Below, piece after piece: positions 49,308 through 58,775 of a stretch of DNA of 64,000 nt (within the stretch, counting starts at the first letter, position 1; every line of letters begins with the position of its first letter). The stretch spans positions 21,699 through 85,698 of the forward strand of contig DIGE01000010.1 of the NCBI GenBank assembly GCA_002419465.1. Direction: 5' to 3'. The notes under the pieces are model-generated. The model was given only the letters and a program-made list of their open reading frames with translations, made no database searches and was not told where the DNA came from. This DNA comes from Geobacter sp. UBA5730. GTDB taxonomy: Bacteria; Desulfobacterota; Desulfuromonadia; Geobacterales; Pseudopelobacteraceae. The translations under genes were made by a program, and so were the position numbers.

Positions 49308-49826
49308 ATGAAAAAGCTGCTGCTTGTGCTTTGCTGCGCCCTGACCCTGATGGCCGGATGTTCCAAGGATGGCGCTCAAACCGGTTTATCTGCCAAGCCG
49401 GCTGAAAAAAACCCCGCTCCCTCTATCAATGTCGTATCAATGGATAATACCCAGCTAAGCCTTGATTCTTTGAAGGGTAAGGTGGTGGTTCTCAATTTTT
49501 GGGCCACCTGGTGCCCTCCCTGCCGCGAAGAGATTCCCTCCATGATGGCGTTGAACAAGGCCATGGCCGGCAAACCGTTCCAGATGGTTTGCGTCTCGGT
49601 GGATGAAGGAGGAAAACAAGCGGTGGCAGAGTTTTTCAAAAATACCGGTTTCTCCTTGCCGGTCTATTTTGACTCCACCGGTCAGGCTACTGCCATCTAT
49701 GGCATCACCGGCGTACCGGAAACCTTTGTGATCGACAAAAACGGTGTCATCGTCAAGAAGGTGATTGGCGGGCTTGACTGGAACAGCTCAGAGGTCGTTG
49801 CCTTTCTGGAAGGCCTAATGAAGTAA
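49308..49826 (+). CDS. TlpA/ResA-family periplasmic thiol:disulfide oxidoreductase lipoprotein
   Basis: ATG at 49308 gives lipobox LMAGCS. The thioredoxin motif is WATWCPPC. Confidence 0.88.
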   Translation: MKKLLLVLCCALTLMAGCSKDGAQTGLSAKPAEKNPAPSINVVSMDNTQLSLDSLKGKVVVLNFWATWCPPCREEIPSMMALNKAMAGKPFQMVCVSVDEGGKQAVAEFFKNTGFSLPVYFDSTGQATAIYGITGVPETFVIDKNGVIVKKVIGGLDWNSSEVVAFLEGLMK

Positions 49827-49842
49827 TTGTTGCGAGGTTCTC

Positions 49843-50571
49843 ATGGAAACTCCTAATATCACCTATATCGGTGCCTTCGTCGCAGGTCTGCTCTCGTTCC
49901 TGTCCCCCTGTGTGCTGCCGCTGATCCCTTCCTATATCACCTATATCACCGGCCTCTCGTTCGGCGATCTGGATGCGGAACATCCGACCCATCTGGTGCG
50001 TCAGAAGACCCTGCTGCACTCTCTGGCCTTTGTTGCCGGATTCACCATGGTGTTTGTGTTGCTGGGCGCCTCAGCCACCCTGTTGGGATCCCTGATGCAG
50101 CAGTACATGGAGATCATCCGCAAGGTCGGTGGTGTGCTGGTGGTGCTGTTCGGTGTCCATGTCACCGGTCTGGTGCCGCTGAAGTGGTTGCTGGGGGAAC
50201 GGCGTGTTTCGCTCAAGCATAAACCAGCCGGGTATCTGGGCAGCTTGCTGGTCGGCCTGGCCTTTGCCGCCGGCTGGACCCCCTGCATCGGCCCGATCCT
50301 GGCCTCTATTCTGATGATCGCCGCCACTGAAGAGAAGGTGGGGCAGGGGATTATTCTGCTGCTGCTCTATTCCGTTGGTTTGGGGATACCGTTTTTGTTG
50401 TCATCGCTGGCAATGCACCGCTTCATCTCGATTTTCAATCGTTTCAAAAAATATATCCGCATGTTCGAGGTCATCACCGGCCTGTTTCTGATCGTGGTAG
50501 GTGTGCTGATCTTCACTAATTGGCTGTCGGTCCTGTCAGGTTACGCCAATCTGCTGTTCCTGAAAAACTGA
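49843..50571 (+). CDS. ccdA: Cytochrome c biogenesis thiol-reductant transporter CcdA (DsbD-family)
   Basis: 242 aa polytopic protein with LSPCVLPLIP and a second conserved Cys in WTPCIGPIL. Confidence 0.9.
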   Translation: METPNITYIGAFVAGLLSFLSPCVLPLIPSYITYITGLSFGDLDAEHPTHLVRQKTLLHSLAFVAGFTMVFVLLGASATLLGSLMQQYMEIIRKVGGVLVVLFGVHVTGLVPLKWLLGERRVSLKHKPAGYLGSLLVGLAFAAGWTPCIGPILASILMIAATEEKVGQGIILLLLYSVGLGIPFLLSSLAMHRFISIFNRFKKYIRMFEVITGLFLIVVGVLIFTNWLSVLSGYANLLFLKN

Positions 50572-50572
50572 G

Positions 50573-51007
50573 ATGGTCAAGGCCCACCGTGCACAGCATT
50601 CGATCCAGTTGGCGGTTTCTCAGCTGGTGGTGACCGAGGCGTTCTATGCCGGCATTCTGGAGTTGCCGGTACAACGCTCTTTTTCGGCTGTTGGGGCGCC
50701 GGACCATCTGGTAGTGGATATGGATGGCATCGCCCTGATGTTTGTGGAGGAGAATGACGTGGTGCGGACCCATCCGGTGCTGGAGCATCGCTTCAGCATG
50801 TTTCCCAAGGGGATCGGCATGACACTGCATTTTGATGTGCGGGATATCGAAGGGATCAATGATGCGATCATGGAAGAGGATATGGAGATTCTCTATCCCC
50901 TGGAGGAAAAACCGTACGGCGTAAAAGAGATGTGGTGTTTTGACCCGGATGGCTATCTGGTGGTCCTGGAAGAGCCGGTCGCCCAACGCACAAAGGCCGT
51001 CCGCTAA
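50573..51007 (+). CDS. VOC/glyoxalase-family protein
   Basis: 144 aa. The size and the beta-alpha-beta-beta-beta-like pattern fit this family. The C-terminal segment (PYGVKEMWCFDPDGYLVVLEE) is typical of glyoxalase/bleomycin-resistance folds. Confidence 0.7.
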   Translation: MVKAHRAQHSIQLAVSQLVVTEAFYAGILELPVQRSFSAVGAPDHLVVDMDGIALMFVEENDVVRTHPVLEHRFSMFPKGIGMTLHFDVRDIEGINDAIMEEDMEILYPLEEKPYGVKEMWCFDPDGYLVVLEEPVAQRTKAVR

Positions 51008-51102
51008 AGAGCAGCCGGCCTTTGTGAGACTGACGGGTGTGGTTACTTCGCCGTAGTATCTTTCTTTTTCTCCCGCGCCGCGGGAGAGCAGGCATCAGAC
51101 AT

Positions 51103-51192
51103 TCAGGTGGGCACTCCCAGTTTGGGAAGCAGGTATTTGTTCACGACAAACCATACCACCACAAATACTATGATCATCAACAGTTCTTTCAT
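51103..51192 (-). CDS. Candidate 29-aa hydrophobic small protein, not in the ORF track
   Basis: Minus strand reads GGAGG, 7 nt, then ATG AAA GAA..., giving MKELLMIIVFVVVWFVVNKYLLPKLGVPT*. It has one TM helix and sits in the otherwise unassigned 248-bp gap between the VOC gene and lgt. Confidence 0.4.
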   Translation of the reverse strand: MKELLMIIVFVVVWFVVNKYLLPKLGVPT

Positions 51193-51255
51193 CCCAAGGC
51201 CTCCTTTTCGCTTTATAGCATAGTGCTCGTCAGAATAGAACTATTTGCATGCTCA

Positions 51256-52080
51256 ATGATGTCAGGAGCTGTTACAACCATGCCATTTCCCGCCATTGAC
51301 CCCGTGTTTTTGCGGCTTGGGCCGCTGCAGTTCCGCTGGTACGGCCTTATGTATGTGCTGGGTTTTATCATCAGCTATTTTGTGATCCGCGGTGAGGTGC
51401 GTCGCAAACAACTTGTCCTGGATAACGAGGGGATTGCTGATCTGATCTTCTTCCTGGCCTTGGGAGTGGTATTGGGGGGCCGGTTGGGGTATGTCCTGTT
51501 TTACGACCTGCCGGCCTATCTGGCCAAGCCGTACAAGATCTTCTTCATCTGGGAAGGGGGCATGTCGTTCCATGGCGGCCTGCTGGGTGTTGGCCTGGCT
51601 GCCATCTGGTTTGCCCGCAGCCGTTCGATCCCCTTTCTGCAGCTGGCCGATCTGGCGGCCCTGGCTGCTCCGGTGGGGCTGGGACTGGGCCGGATCGGCA
51701 ACTTCATCAATGGTGAGCTGTTTGGTCGTCCCACCAGTATGCCCTGGGGGATCATCTTCCCGGAAGGTGGGGCGGTGCCGCGGCACCCTTCCCAACTGTA
51801 CGAGGCCTTTCTGGAAGGACTGGTGCTTTTCTTTGTGGTCAGGTGGTTTGCCCGGCGGATACCGGTGAGCGGTTCGGTCATGGCTGCTTTTATGGCCGGT
51901 TATGGGCTGTTCCGTTCCTTTGTGGAGCTGTTCCGCCAGCCAGATAGTCAGCTGGGATTTTTTTATGGTTTTTTTTCCATGGGGCAGCTGCTGAGTCTGC
52001 CACTGTTTGTCGTTGGAACGCTGCTGTTGATCTGGCTGGCCCGTAGAAAACAGACGGCAGCACAACCCAATAAACCGTAA
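51256..52080 (+). CDS. lgt: Prolipoprotein diacylglyceryl transferase
   Basis: PFPAIDPVFLRLGPLQFRWYGLMY N-terminus and the GRIGNFINGELFGRPT motif. The start is ATG 51256 or ATG 51280. The track's 51037 start adds an implausible extension. Confidence 0.9.
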   Translation: MMSGAVTTMPFPAIDPVFLRLGPLQFRWYGLMYVLGFIISYFVIRGEVRRKQLVLDNEGIADLIFFLALGVVLGGRLGYVLFYDLPAYLAKPYKIFFIWEGGMSFHGGLLGVGLAAIWFARSRSIPFLQLADLAALAAPVGLGLGRIGNFINGELFGRPTSMPWGIIFPEGGAVPRHPSQLYEAFLEGLVLFFVVRWFARRIPVSGSVMAAFMAGYGLFRSFVELFRQPDSQLGFFYGFFSMGQLLSLPLFVVGTLLLIWLARRKQTAAQPNKP

Positions 52081-52089
52081 GGAGTTCGA

Positions 52090-52368
52090 ATGGCTACTGT
52101 AACTGCACGTCACATTCTGGTATCCAGTGAGGAACAATGCCTCACATTGAAAGGCGAGATTGAGGCCGGAGCTGACTTTGGCGAGGTTGCCAAACTCAAC
52201 TCCTCCTGCCCCTCACGTATGCAGGGCGGCGACTTGGGTGCTTTTACGCCGGGGCAGATGGTCAAGGAGTTTGACGAGGTGGTTTTTTCCGGCCCGATCA
52301 ACACCGTACTGGGCCCGGTCAAGACCCAGTTTGGCTACCACCTGATCGAGATCACCAAACGCTGGTAG
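52090..52368 (+). CDS. ppiC: Parvulin-type peptidyl-prolyl cis-trans isomerase
   Basis: 92 aa with ARHILV, GGDLGAFTPGQMVKEFD and FGYHLIE motifs. Confidence 0.9.
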   Translation: MATVTARHILVSSEEQCLTLKGEIEAGADFGEVAKLNSSCPSRMQGGDLGAFTPGQMVKEFDEVVFSGPINTVLGPVKTQFGYHLIEITKRW

Positions 52369-52501
52369 TTATTTCTGCTGCATAGATTCGGCAAGCAGCA
52401 GGGCTTTGAAACCAACTGCGGCAGCCCAAAAACCCCAACATGGCCCCGATCATCATCCGGGCGATAAGCAGTGCCTGGACCTGAGCCAAAATATAGATCC
52501 C

Positions 52502-53737
52502 ATGCAATCCCAGCGATCGATCATACACCTGGATATGAACGCCTTCTTTGCCTCGGTGGAACAGCAGGCCAACCCCGCCTTGCGCGGCAAGCCGATTGCC
52601 GTAGTGGGCTCCGGCCACCGCACCGTGATCACCACCGCTTCCTATGAGGCTCGCAGTTTCGGGGTCAAGACCGGCATGGCGATCTGGGAGGGCCAGCGGG
52701 CCTGCCCTGGCTTGATCATTGTGGTGGGGGACAACAAAAAATATACCCATACCTCCCGGCAGATCATCGCCCTGCTGCGGGAATACACCCCCCTGGTGGA
52801 GGTGTTCTCCATCGACGAGGCTTTCCTGGATGTGACCCATTCCAGCGCCCTGTTCGGGCCGGCAGAGACCATCGCTTACCAGCTCAAGGCTCGCATCAGG
52901 CACGGACTGGGCCTGACCTGTTCCATCGGCATCGCCCCCAACAAGCTGCTGGCCAAGCTGGCCAGTGATATGCAGAAGCCGGACGGCCTGACGATCATAC
53001 CGCCGGACAGGGTGGGGGCCATCCTGGAGCATATTCCGATCGGTGACCTGTGCGGCATCGGCAAAAAGACTCAGCGGCAGCTGAACCTGCTGGGCATCAC
53101 CACTTGTGGGCAACTGGGCCGTTTTCCGGAGGAGTTGTTGCGCAAAAAATTCGGGATTGTCGGTCCACGGCTCAAACAGATGGGGCAGGGGCGGGATGAC
53201 GGTCCGGTGCTGCCGGTGGAAGAGGAGGACGGCGTCAAGAGTGTCGGTCACTCCATGACCTTGCAGCGGGATGTTGCTACCCGTGATGAAATCCTGCGCT
53301 ACCTGCTGCAGTTGTCGGAGATGGTTGGCAGGAGGGCACGGCGCTATGGCGTCACTGCCAAGACGGTCAGCCTCTCCATCCGTTTTGCCGATTTTTACTC
53401 CAGTGTCCAGCGCCAAACCACCGTGGTGAGCCCGATCAGCCTCAGTGATGAGATCTTCAAGGTTGCCACCAGCCTGCTGGACAGCATCGAGCTGCACCAG
53501 GCGGTCAGGCTGTTGGGGGTCAGCCTCTCCAACCTGCAGCACAACCAGCAGCAGCTTTCGCTGTTTGAGGAAGAACGCAGGAAGTCGGAAGCCACCCGGG
53601 CCATGGATGCCGTGAATGACCGCTTCGGCGACTACAGCGTCACCTTTGGCAGCCTGCTGCAGAGTGAGGAAAAAGGCTCCCACGTAATCTCACCGGCCTG
53701 GCGGCCGGAGGGGATCAGAAACGTGGGGGTGGAGTAG
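52502..53737 (+). CDS. dinB: DNA polymerase IV
   Basis: ATG at 52502 gives MQSQRSIIHLDMNAFFASVEQ. Y-family motifs are present (SIDEAFLDVT, IGIAPNKLLAKLASD). Confidence 0.92.
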   Translation: MQSQRSIIHLDMNAFFASVEQQANPALRGKPIAVVGSGHRTVITTASYEARSFGVKTGMAIWEGQRACPGLIIVVGDNKKYTHTSRQIIALLREYTPLVEVFSIDEAFLDVTHSSALFGPAETIAYQLKARIRHGLGLTCSIGIAPNKLLAKLASDMQKPDGLTIIPPDRVGAILEHIPIGDLCGIGKKTQRQLNLLGITTCGQLGRFPEELLRKKFGIVGPRLKQMGQGRDDGPVLPVEEEDGVKSVGHSMTLQRDVATRDEILRYLLQLSEMVGRRARRYGVTAKTVSLSIRFADFYSSVQRQTTVVSPISLSDEIFKVATSLLDSIELHQAVRLLGVSLSNLQHNQQQLSLFEEERRKSEATRAMDAVNDRFGDYSVTFGSLLQSEEKGSHVISPAWRPEGIRNVGVE

Positions 53738-53880
53738 CCCTTTCGGTTCTGCTACAATGTCACATAATGAAATCTTAAGTGAACTTACCCCATTTCAAGA
53801 CGTATCTTGCCGCCGTTTATGGTCTGATAGCTGAAAAAGTTGTACAGACACTGACCAGCCTAGAATAAGAGGAGTCGAGC

Positions 53881-54573
53881 ATGAATCAATTAAATGTAAC
53901 CCAGGCCCGCACCGGGCTGATTGTCAAGCAGAACGCGCTGGTCCGCCAGGTGTACGCCTGGATGGGGCTGGGGCTTGCCATCACCGCCATGCTGGCGATG
54001 GTGACGGTTTCTTCTCCCGGCATGCTACAGGCCATTGTTGGCAACCGGCCGGTTTTTTATGGGTTGATGATCGGGGAATTGGCTCTGGTCTTCATCCTGT
54101 CCGGGGCGATCAATCGTCTCAGCGGCACGGTGGCCACCCTGCTGTTTCTGGGATACTCGGCCTTGAACGGTTTGACCCTTTCGGTCATCTTTATTGTCTA
54201 CACCGCTGACTCCATCGCCTCGACCTTCGCGGTTACCGCAGCCATGTTTGGCGCCATGAGCATCTATGGTTATCTGACCAAGAAAGACCTGACCTCCTGG
54301 GGAAGCTTTCTGTTCATGGGATTGATCGGGATTGTGATCGCCTCGTTGGTGAACATCTTCCTGCAGAGCAGTGCGGTTTCCTGGGTGGTTTCCGGCATCG
54401 GAGTACTGGTTTTTACCGGCCTGACCGCCTACGATACCTGGAAGATCAAAGCAATGGCAGCAGCCGGGGAAGAAGGCAGGAAGCCGGCCATTCTCGGCGC
54501 CTTGACCCTCTATCTTGATTTTATCAACCTGTTCCTGATGCTGTTGCGATTTATGGGCGGCAGGAGGGATTGA
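53881..54573 (+). CDS. Bax inhibitor-1/YccA-family membrane protein
   Basis: 230 aa with seven hydrophobic segments. VYAWMGLGLAITA and the C-terminal LYLDFINLFLMLLRF are typical of the family. Confidence 0.88.
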   Translation: MNQLNVTQARTGLIVKQNALVRQVYAWMGLGLAITAMLAMVTVSSPGMLQAIVGNRPVFYGLMIGELALVFILSGAINRLSGTVATLLFLGYSALNGLTLSVIFIVYTADSIASTFAVTAAMFGAMSIYGYLTKKDLTSWGSFLFMGLIGIVIASLVNIFLQSSAVSWVVSGIGVLVFTGLTAYDTWKIKAMAAAGEEGRKPAILGALTLYLDFINLFLMLLRFMGGRRD

Positions 54574-54717
54574 TTCCCGTAGGATCTGTTGGCTGCAATT
54601 ATTTAGACCTTTCAATGGGAGCCACAGCCCGTGGTCACTGATACAAGGTGATGATGTAATTGCAGCTGAGCGTCACCACATGGCGCACCGGCACCACAAC
54701 GTTGCAAAGAGGATTGT

Positions 54718-56265
54718 ATGGCCCGTCCCAAGAAAACCAACACCGCTGCCAATATCGGCTATGAAGCCCAGCTCTGGCAGATGGCCGATGCCCTGCGGGG
54801 CAGCATGGATTCAGGCGAATACAAGCATGTCGTGCTTGGTCTGCTGTTCCTGAAATACATCTCCGATGCCTTTGAAGAAAAACATGCCCAGCTTGAGGCA
54901 GAGTGCAGCCAGGGGGCTGATCCTGAAGATCAGGATGAGTACCGGGCTGAGAATATCTTCTGGGTGCCGCCTGAAGCCCGCTGGGTGCACCTGAAGGCCC
55001 AGGCCAAGCAACCGACCATCGGTCAGCTGGTGGATGATGCCATGACCGGCATTGAGCGGGACAACCCGGCGCTGAAAGGGGTGCTGCCCAAGGACTACTC
55101 TCGTCCTTCCCTGGACAAGCTGCGTCTGGGGCAGTTGATCGACCTGATCAGCAATATCCGGGTGGGAGACAGCGAGAGCCGCGCCAAGGATGTGCTGGGC
55201 CGGGTGTATGAGTATTTCCTGTCGCAGTTTGCCAGCGCCGAAGGCAAGAAGGGTGGCGAGTTCTATACCCCCCGCTGCGTGGTCCGCATCCTGGTTGAAA
55301 TGATCGAGCCCTACAAGGGCCGGGTCTATGACCCCTGCTGCGGGTCGTCCGGCATGTTTGTCCAGTCGGAAGAGTTTATTGCTGCCCACGGCGGCAAGCT
55401 GGGTGATATCAGTATCTATGGCCAGGAGAGTAACTACACCACCTGGCGCCTGGCAAAGATGAACCTTGCCATTCGGGGGATTGACGGCCAGATCGCCCAC
55501 GGCGACACCTTCCACAACGACCGCCACCCCGATCTGAAGGCCGACTACATCCTGGCCAACCCGCCGTTCAATATCTCCGACTGGGGCGGTGACCGCCTGC
55601 GGGAGGATAAACGCTGGCAGTATGGCGCGCCACCCACGGGCAATGCCAACTACGCCTGGGTGCAGCATATGGTGCACCACCTGTCGCCAACCGGCGTGGC
55701 TGGCTTTGTCTTGGCCAATGGTTCCATGTCCTCCAACCAGTCCGGTGAGGGTGAAATACGTAAAAACCTGATCGAGGCCAATCTGGTGGACTGCATGGTG
55801 GCCATGCCGGGTCAACTGTTCTACGCCACCCAGATTCCGGTCTGTCTCTGGTTCCTGGCCCGTGACCGCAAGAACCACAAGTTCCGTGACCGGCGCGGTG
55901 AAGTGCTGTTTATTGATGCCCGCAAGATGGGGGCTATGGTGGACCGCACCCACCGGGAGCTGACCGCTGAAGAGATCAGCCGGATTGCCGCCACCTACCA
56001 TGCCTGGCGCGGTGAAAAGGAAGCTGTCGCATATGCCGACATCCCCGGTTTCTGCAAGGCTGCCAGCCTGGATGAAATCCGCAAGCATGGCCATGTGCTG
56101 ACACCGGGCCGCTATGTGGGAGCCGAGGCGCAGGAAGAGGACGACGAACCGTTTCAGGAGAAGATGCAACGGCTGGCCGCTACGCTGGATCAGCAGTTTG
56201 CTGAATCAGCACGGCTGGAGAAGGCGATCAGAGATAACCTGAAGGCGTTGGGGATAGCTGGATGA
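54718..56265 (+). CDS. hsdM: Type I restriction-modification system methyltransferase subunit HsdM
   Basis: 515 aa. It has an HsdM N-terminal domain ([32 protein letters not shown]), the SAM motif [10 protein letters not shown] and the catalytic NPPF motif. Confidence 0.92.
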   Translation: MARPKKTNTAANIGYEAQLWQMADALRGSMDSGEYKHVVLGLLFLKYISDAFEEKHAQLEAECSQGADPEDQDEYRAENIFWVPPEARWVHLKAQAKQPTIGQLVDDAMTGIERDNPALKGVLPKDYSRPSLDKLRLGQLIDLISNIRVGDSESRAKDVLGRVYEYFLSQFASAEGKKGGEFYTPRCVVRILVEMIEPYKGRVYDPCCGSSGMFVQSEEFIAAHGGKLGDISIYGQESNYTTWRLAKMNLAIRGIDGQIAHGDTFHNDRHPDLKADYILANPPFNISDWGGDRLREDKRWQYGAPPTGNANYAWVQHMVHHLSPTGVAGFVLANGSMSSNQSGEGEIRKNLIEANLVDCMVAMPGQLFYATQIPVCLWFLARDRKNHKFRDRRGEVLFIDARKMGAMVDRTHRELTAEEISRIAATYHAWRGEKEAVAYADIPGFCKAASLDEIRKHGHVLTPGRYVGAEAQEEDDEPFQEKMQRLAATLDQQFAESARLEKAIRDNLKALGIAG

Positions 56266-56510
56266 ACTACTACGACAAGATGACGGTCTCAGAATTGATT
56301 GAAGCACTGAAAAACTACCCGCCCGATGCCCGTGTGGTGGTGCTGGGGTATGAGTCCGGCTATGACGATATCACATTGATAAAGCAGGTTGCTATTCTGC
56401 CGGAAGACAATCCTTCCTGGTTCAATGGCCGCTATGATGATGCCCCGCCTGAACAGGCCGCTTCAGCAGAAAAGGCTGTGCTGCTGCATGGCCGGAATGC
56501 GGAGGAATAG
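56262..56510 (+). CDS. Hypothetical small protein
   Basis: 82 aa. Its start overlaps the hsdM stop (ATGA). I recognise no motif. Confidence 0.45.
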   Translation: MNYYDKMTVSELIEALKNYPPDARVVVLGYESGYDDITLIKQVAILPEDNPSWFNGRYDDAPPEQAASAEKAVLLHGRNAEE

Positions 56511-56514
56511 CGGG

Positions 56515-57555
56515 ATGGCTCTTGAACCGATACAGCAGGATTACCTCGATTTTCTGACACAGATAAAGACCAGGATTCGTCAACGCCAATATCAGGCTCT
56601 GCGGGCCGTCAACACCGAATTGGTCATGCTGTACTGGGAATTAGGTGAAGCAATTGAGCGAAAACAGCAGGAGCAGGGCTGGGGGAAATCGGTTGTAAAA
56701 AACCTTGCCCGCGATTTGCAGAGCGAATTTCCAGGTCGGAATGGGTTTTCTGCTCAAAATCTCTGGTTAATGCGACAATTCTTCAAGGAATACCGCGACA
56801 AGGAAAAACTCCAACCACTGGTTAGAGAATTGAGCTGGGCAAAGAACCTGGTCATCATGAGCCGCTGTAAGGACAATCTGGAACGGGAGTTCTACCTGCG
56901 CGCAACTGCCCGCTTTGGTTGGACCAAAAGCGTCTTGCAGCACCAGATCGACAACAAGAGTTACGAAAAATACCTGCTCAACCAGACCAACTTTGACAGC
57001 ACGGTGCCGGATGCCATCAAGGCCCAGGCAGCGCTGGCGATTAAAGATCACTATACGTTCGATTTTCTTGAACTTGCCGATGAACATTCAGAGCGTGAGC
57101 TTGAAAACGCCCTGGTTCAGAACCTGCGCGATTTCATGGCTGAGCTTGGCGGTGCTTTCTCGTTCATCGGCAACCAGTACCGCCTGGAAGTAGATGGCAG
57201 GGAGTATTTTATTGATCTCCTGCTGTTCCACCGACGGTTACGCTGTCTGGTGGCCATTGAGCTGAAAATCGGCGAGTTTAAACCGGAGCACAAGGGGAAG
57301 ATGGAATTCTATCTTGAGGCGCTGGACAGTCAGGAACGTTTGCCGGAAGAAAATCCTTCCATCGGTATAATTATCTGTCGCAGCAAGCACAAAACCACTG
57401 TGGAGTATGCCTTGCGCAACGCCGTGCGGCCGCTGGGGGTGGCAACCTACTCGGTGGTGGCACAGTTGCCTGAAGGGTATCGGGCTGACCTGCCCAGCCC
57501 GGAGCAGATTGCAGCACGGTTGCAGGGATGGGTTGTGGAAAGTGCGGAGGAGTAG
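56515..57555 (+). CDS. DUF1016/YhcG-family PD-(D/E)xK nuclease-like protein
   Basis: ATG at 56515. The N-terminal helical region contains LRAVNTELVMLYWELGEAI. The C-terminal PDDEXK-like core is FIDLLLFHRRLRCLVAIELKIGEF. Confidence 0.8.
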   Translation: MALEPIQQDYLDFLTQIKTRIRQRQYQALRAVNTELVMLYWELGEAIERKQQEQGWGKSVVKNLARDLQSEFPGRNGFSAQNLWLMRQFFKEYRDKEKLQPLVRELSWAKNLVIMSRCKDNLEREFYLRATARFGWTKSVLQHQIDNKSYEKYLLNQTNFDSTVPDAIKAQAALAIKDHYTFDFLELADEHSERELENALVQNLRDFMAELGGAFSFIGNQYRLEVDGREYFIDLLLFHRRLRCLVAIELKIGEFKPEHKGKMEFYLEALDSQERLPEENPSIGIIICRSKHKTTVEYALRNAVRPLGVATYSVVAQLPEGYRADLPSPEQIAARLQGWVVESAEE

Positions 57556-57559
57556 CGGG

Positions 57560-57799
57560 ATGGGGGAGTGGACGTTATCTCGTTTGTCTGATGCCATTGA
57601 AATTATTGGCGGTGGCACTCCAAACACCCAAACAAGTGAGTATTGGGGCGGTGCAATACCTTGGCTTAGCGTAGTTGATTTCAATGATGGATATAGGTGG
57701 GTAGCTGTGCGAGGCCAGGAGTTATTCAGCAAGGGGGCTGTTGTTGTTTGGAACCGCCCAGTAGCAGAAACGGCCTCCGGCCATACTGATGGCTTTTAA
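57560..57799 (+). pseudogene. hsdS: Truncated hsdS (type I specificity subunit) remnant
   Basis: The first ~45 aa (MGEWTLSRLSDAIEIIGGGTPNTQTSEYWGGAIPWLSVVDFNDG) match the conserved HsdS N-terminus. The ORF then ends after 79 aa, whereas full-length HsdS is typically about 400 aa or more. Confidence 0.75.
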
Positions 57800-57852
57800 G
57801 GTGTCTAATTTATAGTATTTTGCAGAAAACCTTTGTGAGGGGGGGGGCTTTT

Positions 57853-58761
57853 ATGGCTCAAAAATTTGTTGAGGGCATGTTTGTTGAACTTCTACCGACC
57901 CCCCAACTCGGTATAGGTAAGGTTGTGAAGGTTACCAGTGACAAGATAAGTGTGTTTTTTAAAAGCCAACCTGCAACCGAGGCTATGCTTTTCAAGCTGC
58001 CCAACAATAATCTTGTGCCTTCAGCTGTTCAGGACGACCTGATTCTCAACAATTTACCGCCTTTTGTAGAACGACCGGATGGCAAGTTGGCCCTTCCCGC
58101 CAGCAACACTAAGCGGATGACATTAGCGCAAACGCTTGATGCTTTTCATGCCAAATGTCCCCTAGGCTTCAATGATCCGCTTTTTCACGAACATGAGCGC
58201 GACTATAAGTGGAATGCGCACCTAAGATTTCAGGAAACCCTTGGAAGTGGACAGGGGCGTAGGCTGCTTGAAGAAAACAAAGTTGCTGAACTTGTGCAGA
58301 GGGTGCTTAGCGTCACATCGAAAGTGAATCTGCTATCGCCGTATGAGAATATGGCGCTACACGACGCACTTCAGTCCGAACAGGCAGCCCGCAAGTGTCT
58401 TACTGCCCTTTTCTGCGTACTTGATGCGCCTGTTGTTAGTGAAGCCACGTATCAGCCATATATTGATGCTGTGCTTGATTTGCCGCAAGAGGCTGGCAAG
58501 TCACGGGTCGGAACATGGCCCATTGTTACGCTGCTGCCGTTCATTGCCCAACCTGATCGCCACATGTTTTTAAAACCTACAAACTCCCAGTCCGCTGCTG
58601 AAGCACTTTCTTTTGACCTCCGCTATCAGTCCTTGCCAAACTGGCGGACGTATGAGGCGCTGCTGGAGATGGGCAAGGCCTACTACAACGAGATAAAACA
58701 CTTGGGCCCCAGAGACTTTATTGACGTGCAATCCTTTATCTGGATGGCGACGCATACTTAG
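57853..58761 (+). CDS. Hypothetical protein (island cargo)
   Basis: ATG at 57853 (MAQKFVEGMFVELLPTPQLGIGKVVKV...). The small N-terminal beta segment resembles DUF3553-like modules. I do not recognise the rest. The coding region is AT-richer than the host genes. Confidence 0.55.
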   Translation: MAQKFVEGMFVELLPTPQLGIGKVVKVTSDKISVFFKSQPATEAMLFKLPNNNLVPSAVQDDLILNNLPPFVERPDGKLALPASNTKRMTLAQTLDAFHAKCPLGFNDPLFHEHERDYKWNAHLRFQETLGSGQGRRLLEENKVAELVQRVLSVTSKVNLLSPYENMALHDALQSEQAARKCLTALFCVLDAPVVSEATYQPYIDAVLDLPQEAGKSRVGTWPIVTLLPFIAQPDRHMFLKPTNSQSAAEALSFDLRYQSLPNWRTYEALLEMGKAYYNEIKHLGPRDFIDVQSFIWMATHT

Positions 58762-58775
58762 ATTGCGGTGTAAAA

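Noticed and set aside
51068-51088. GC hairpin CTCCCGC-GCC-GCGGGAG considered as a terminator for the VOC gene or for the 29-codon ORF.
   Set aside because: The T-run precedes the stem on the plus strand, so it becomes an A-run after the stem on the minus strand. It therefore fits the canonical intrinsic-terminator layout in neither direction.
54574-54717. Search for a direct repeat of the tRNA-Leu 3' end (attR/attL partner) at the left edge of the island.
   Set aside because: I found no convincing match to TGGTACCAGAGGCCGGACTCGAACC by eye here or near the hsdS breakpoint at about 57700. The island boundary is therefore reported as undetermined rather than asserted.
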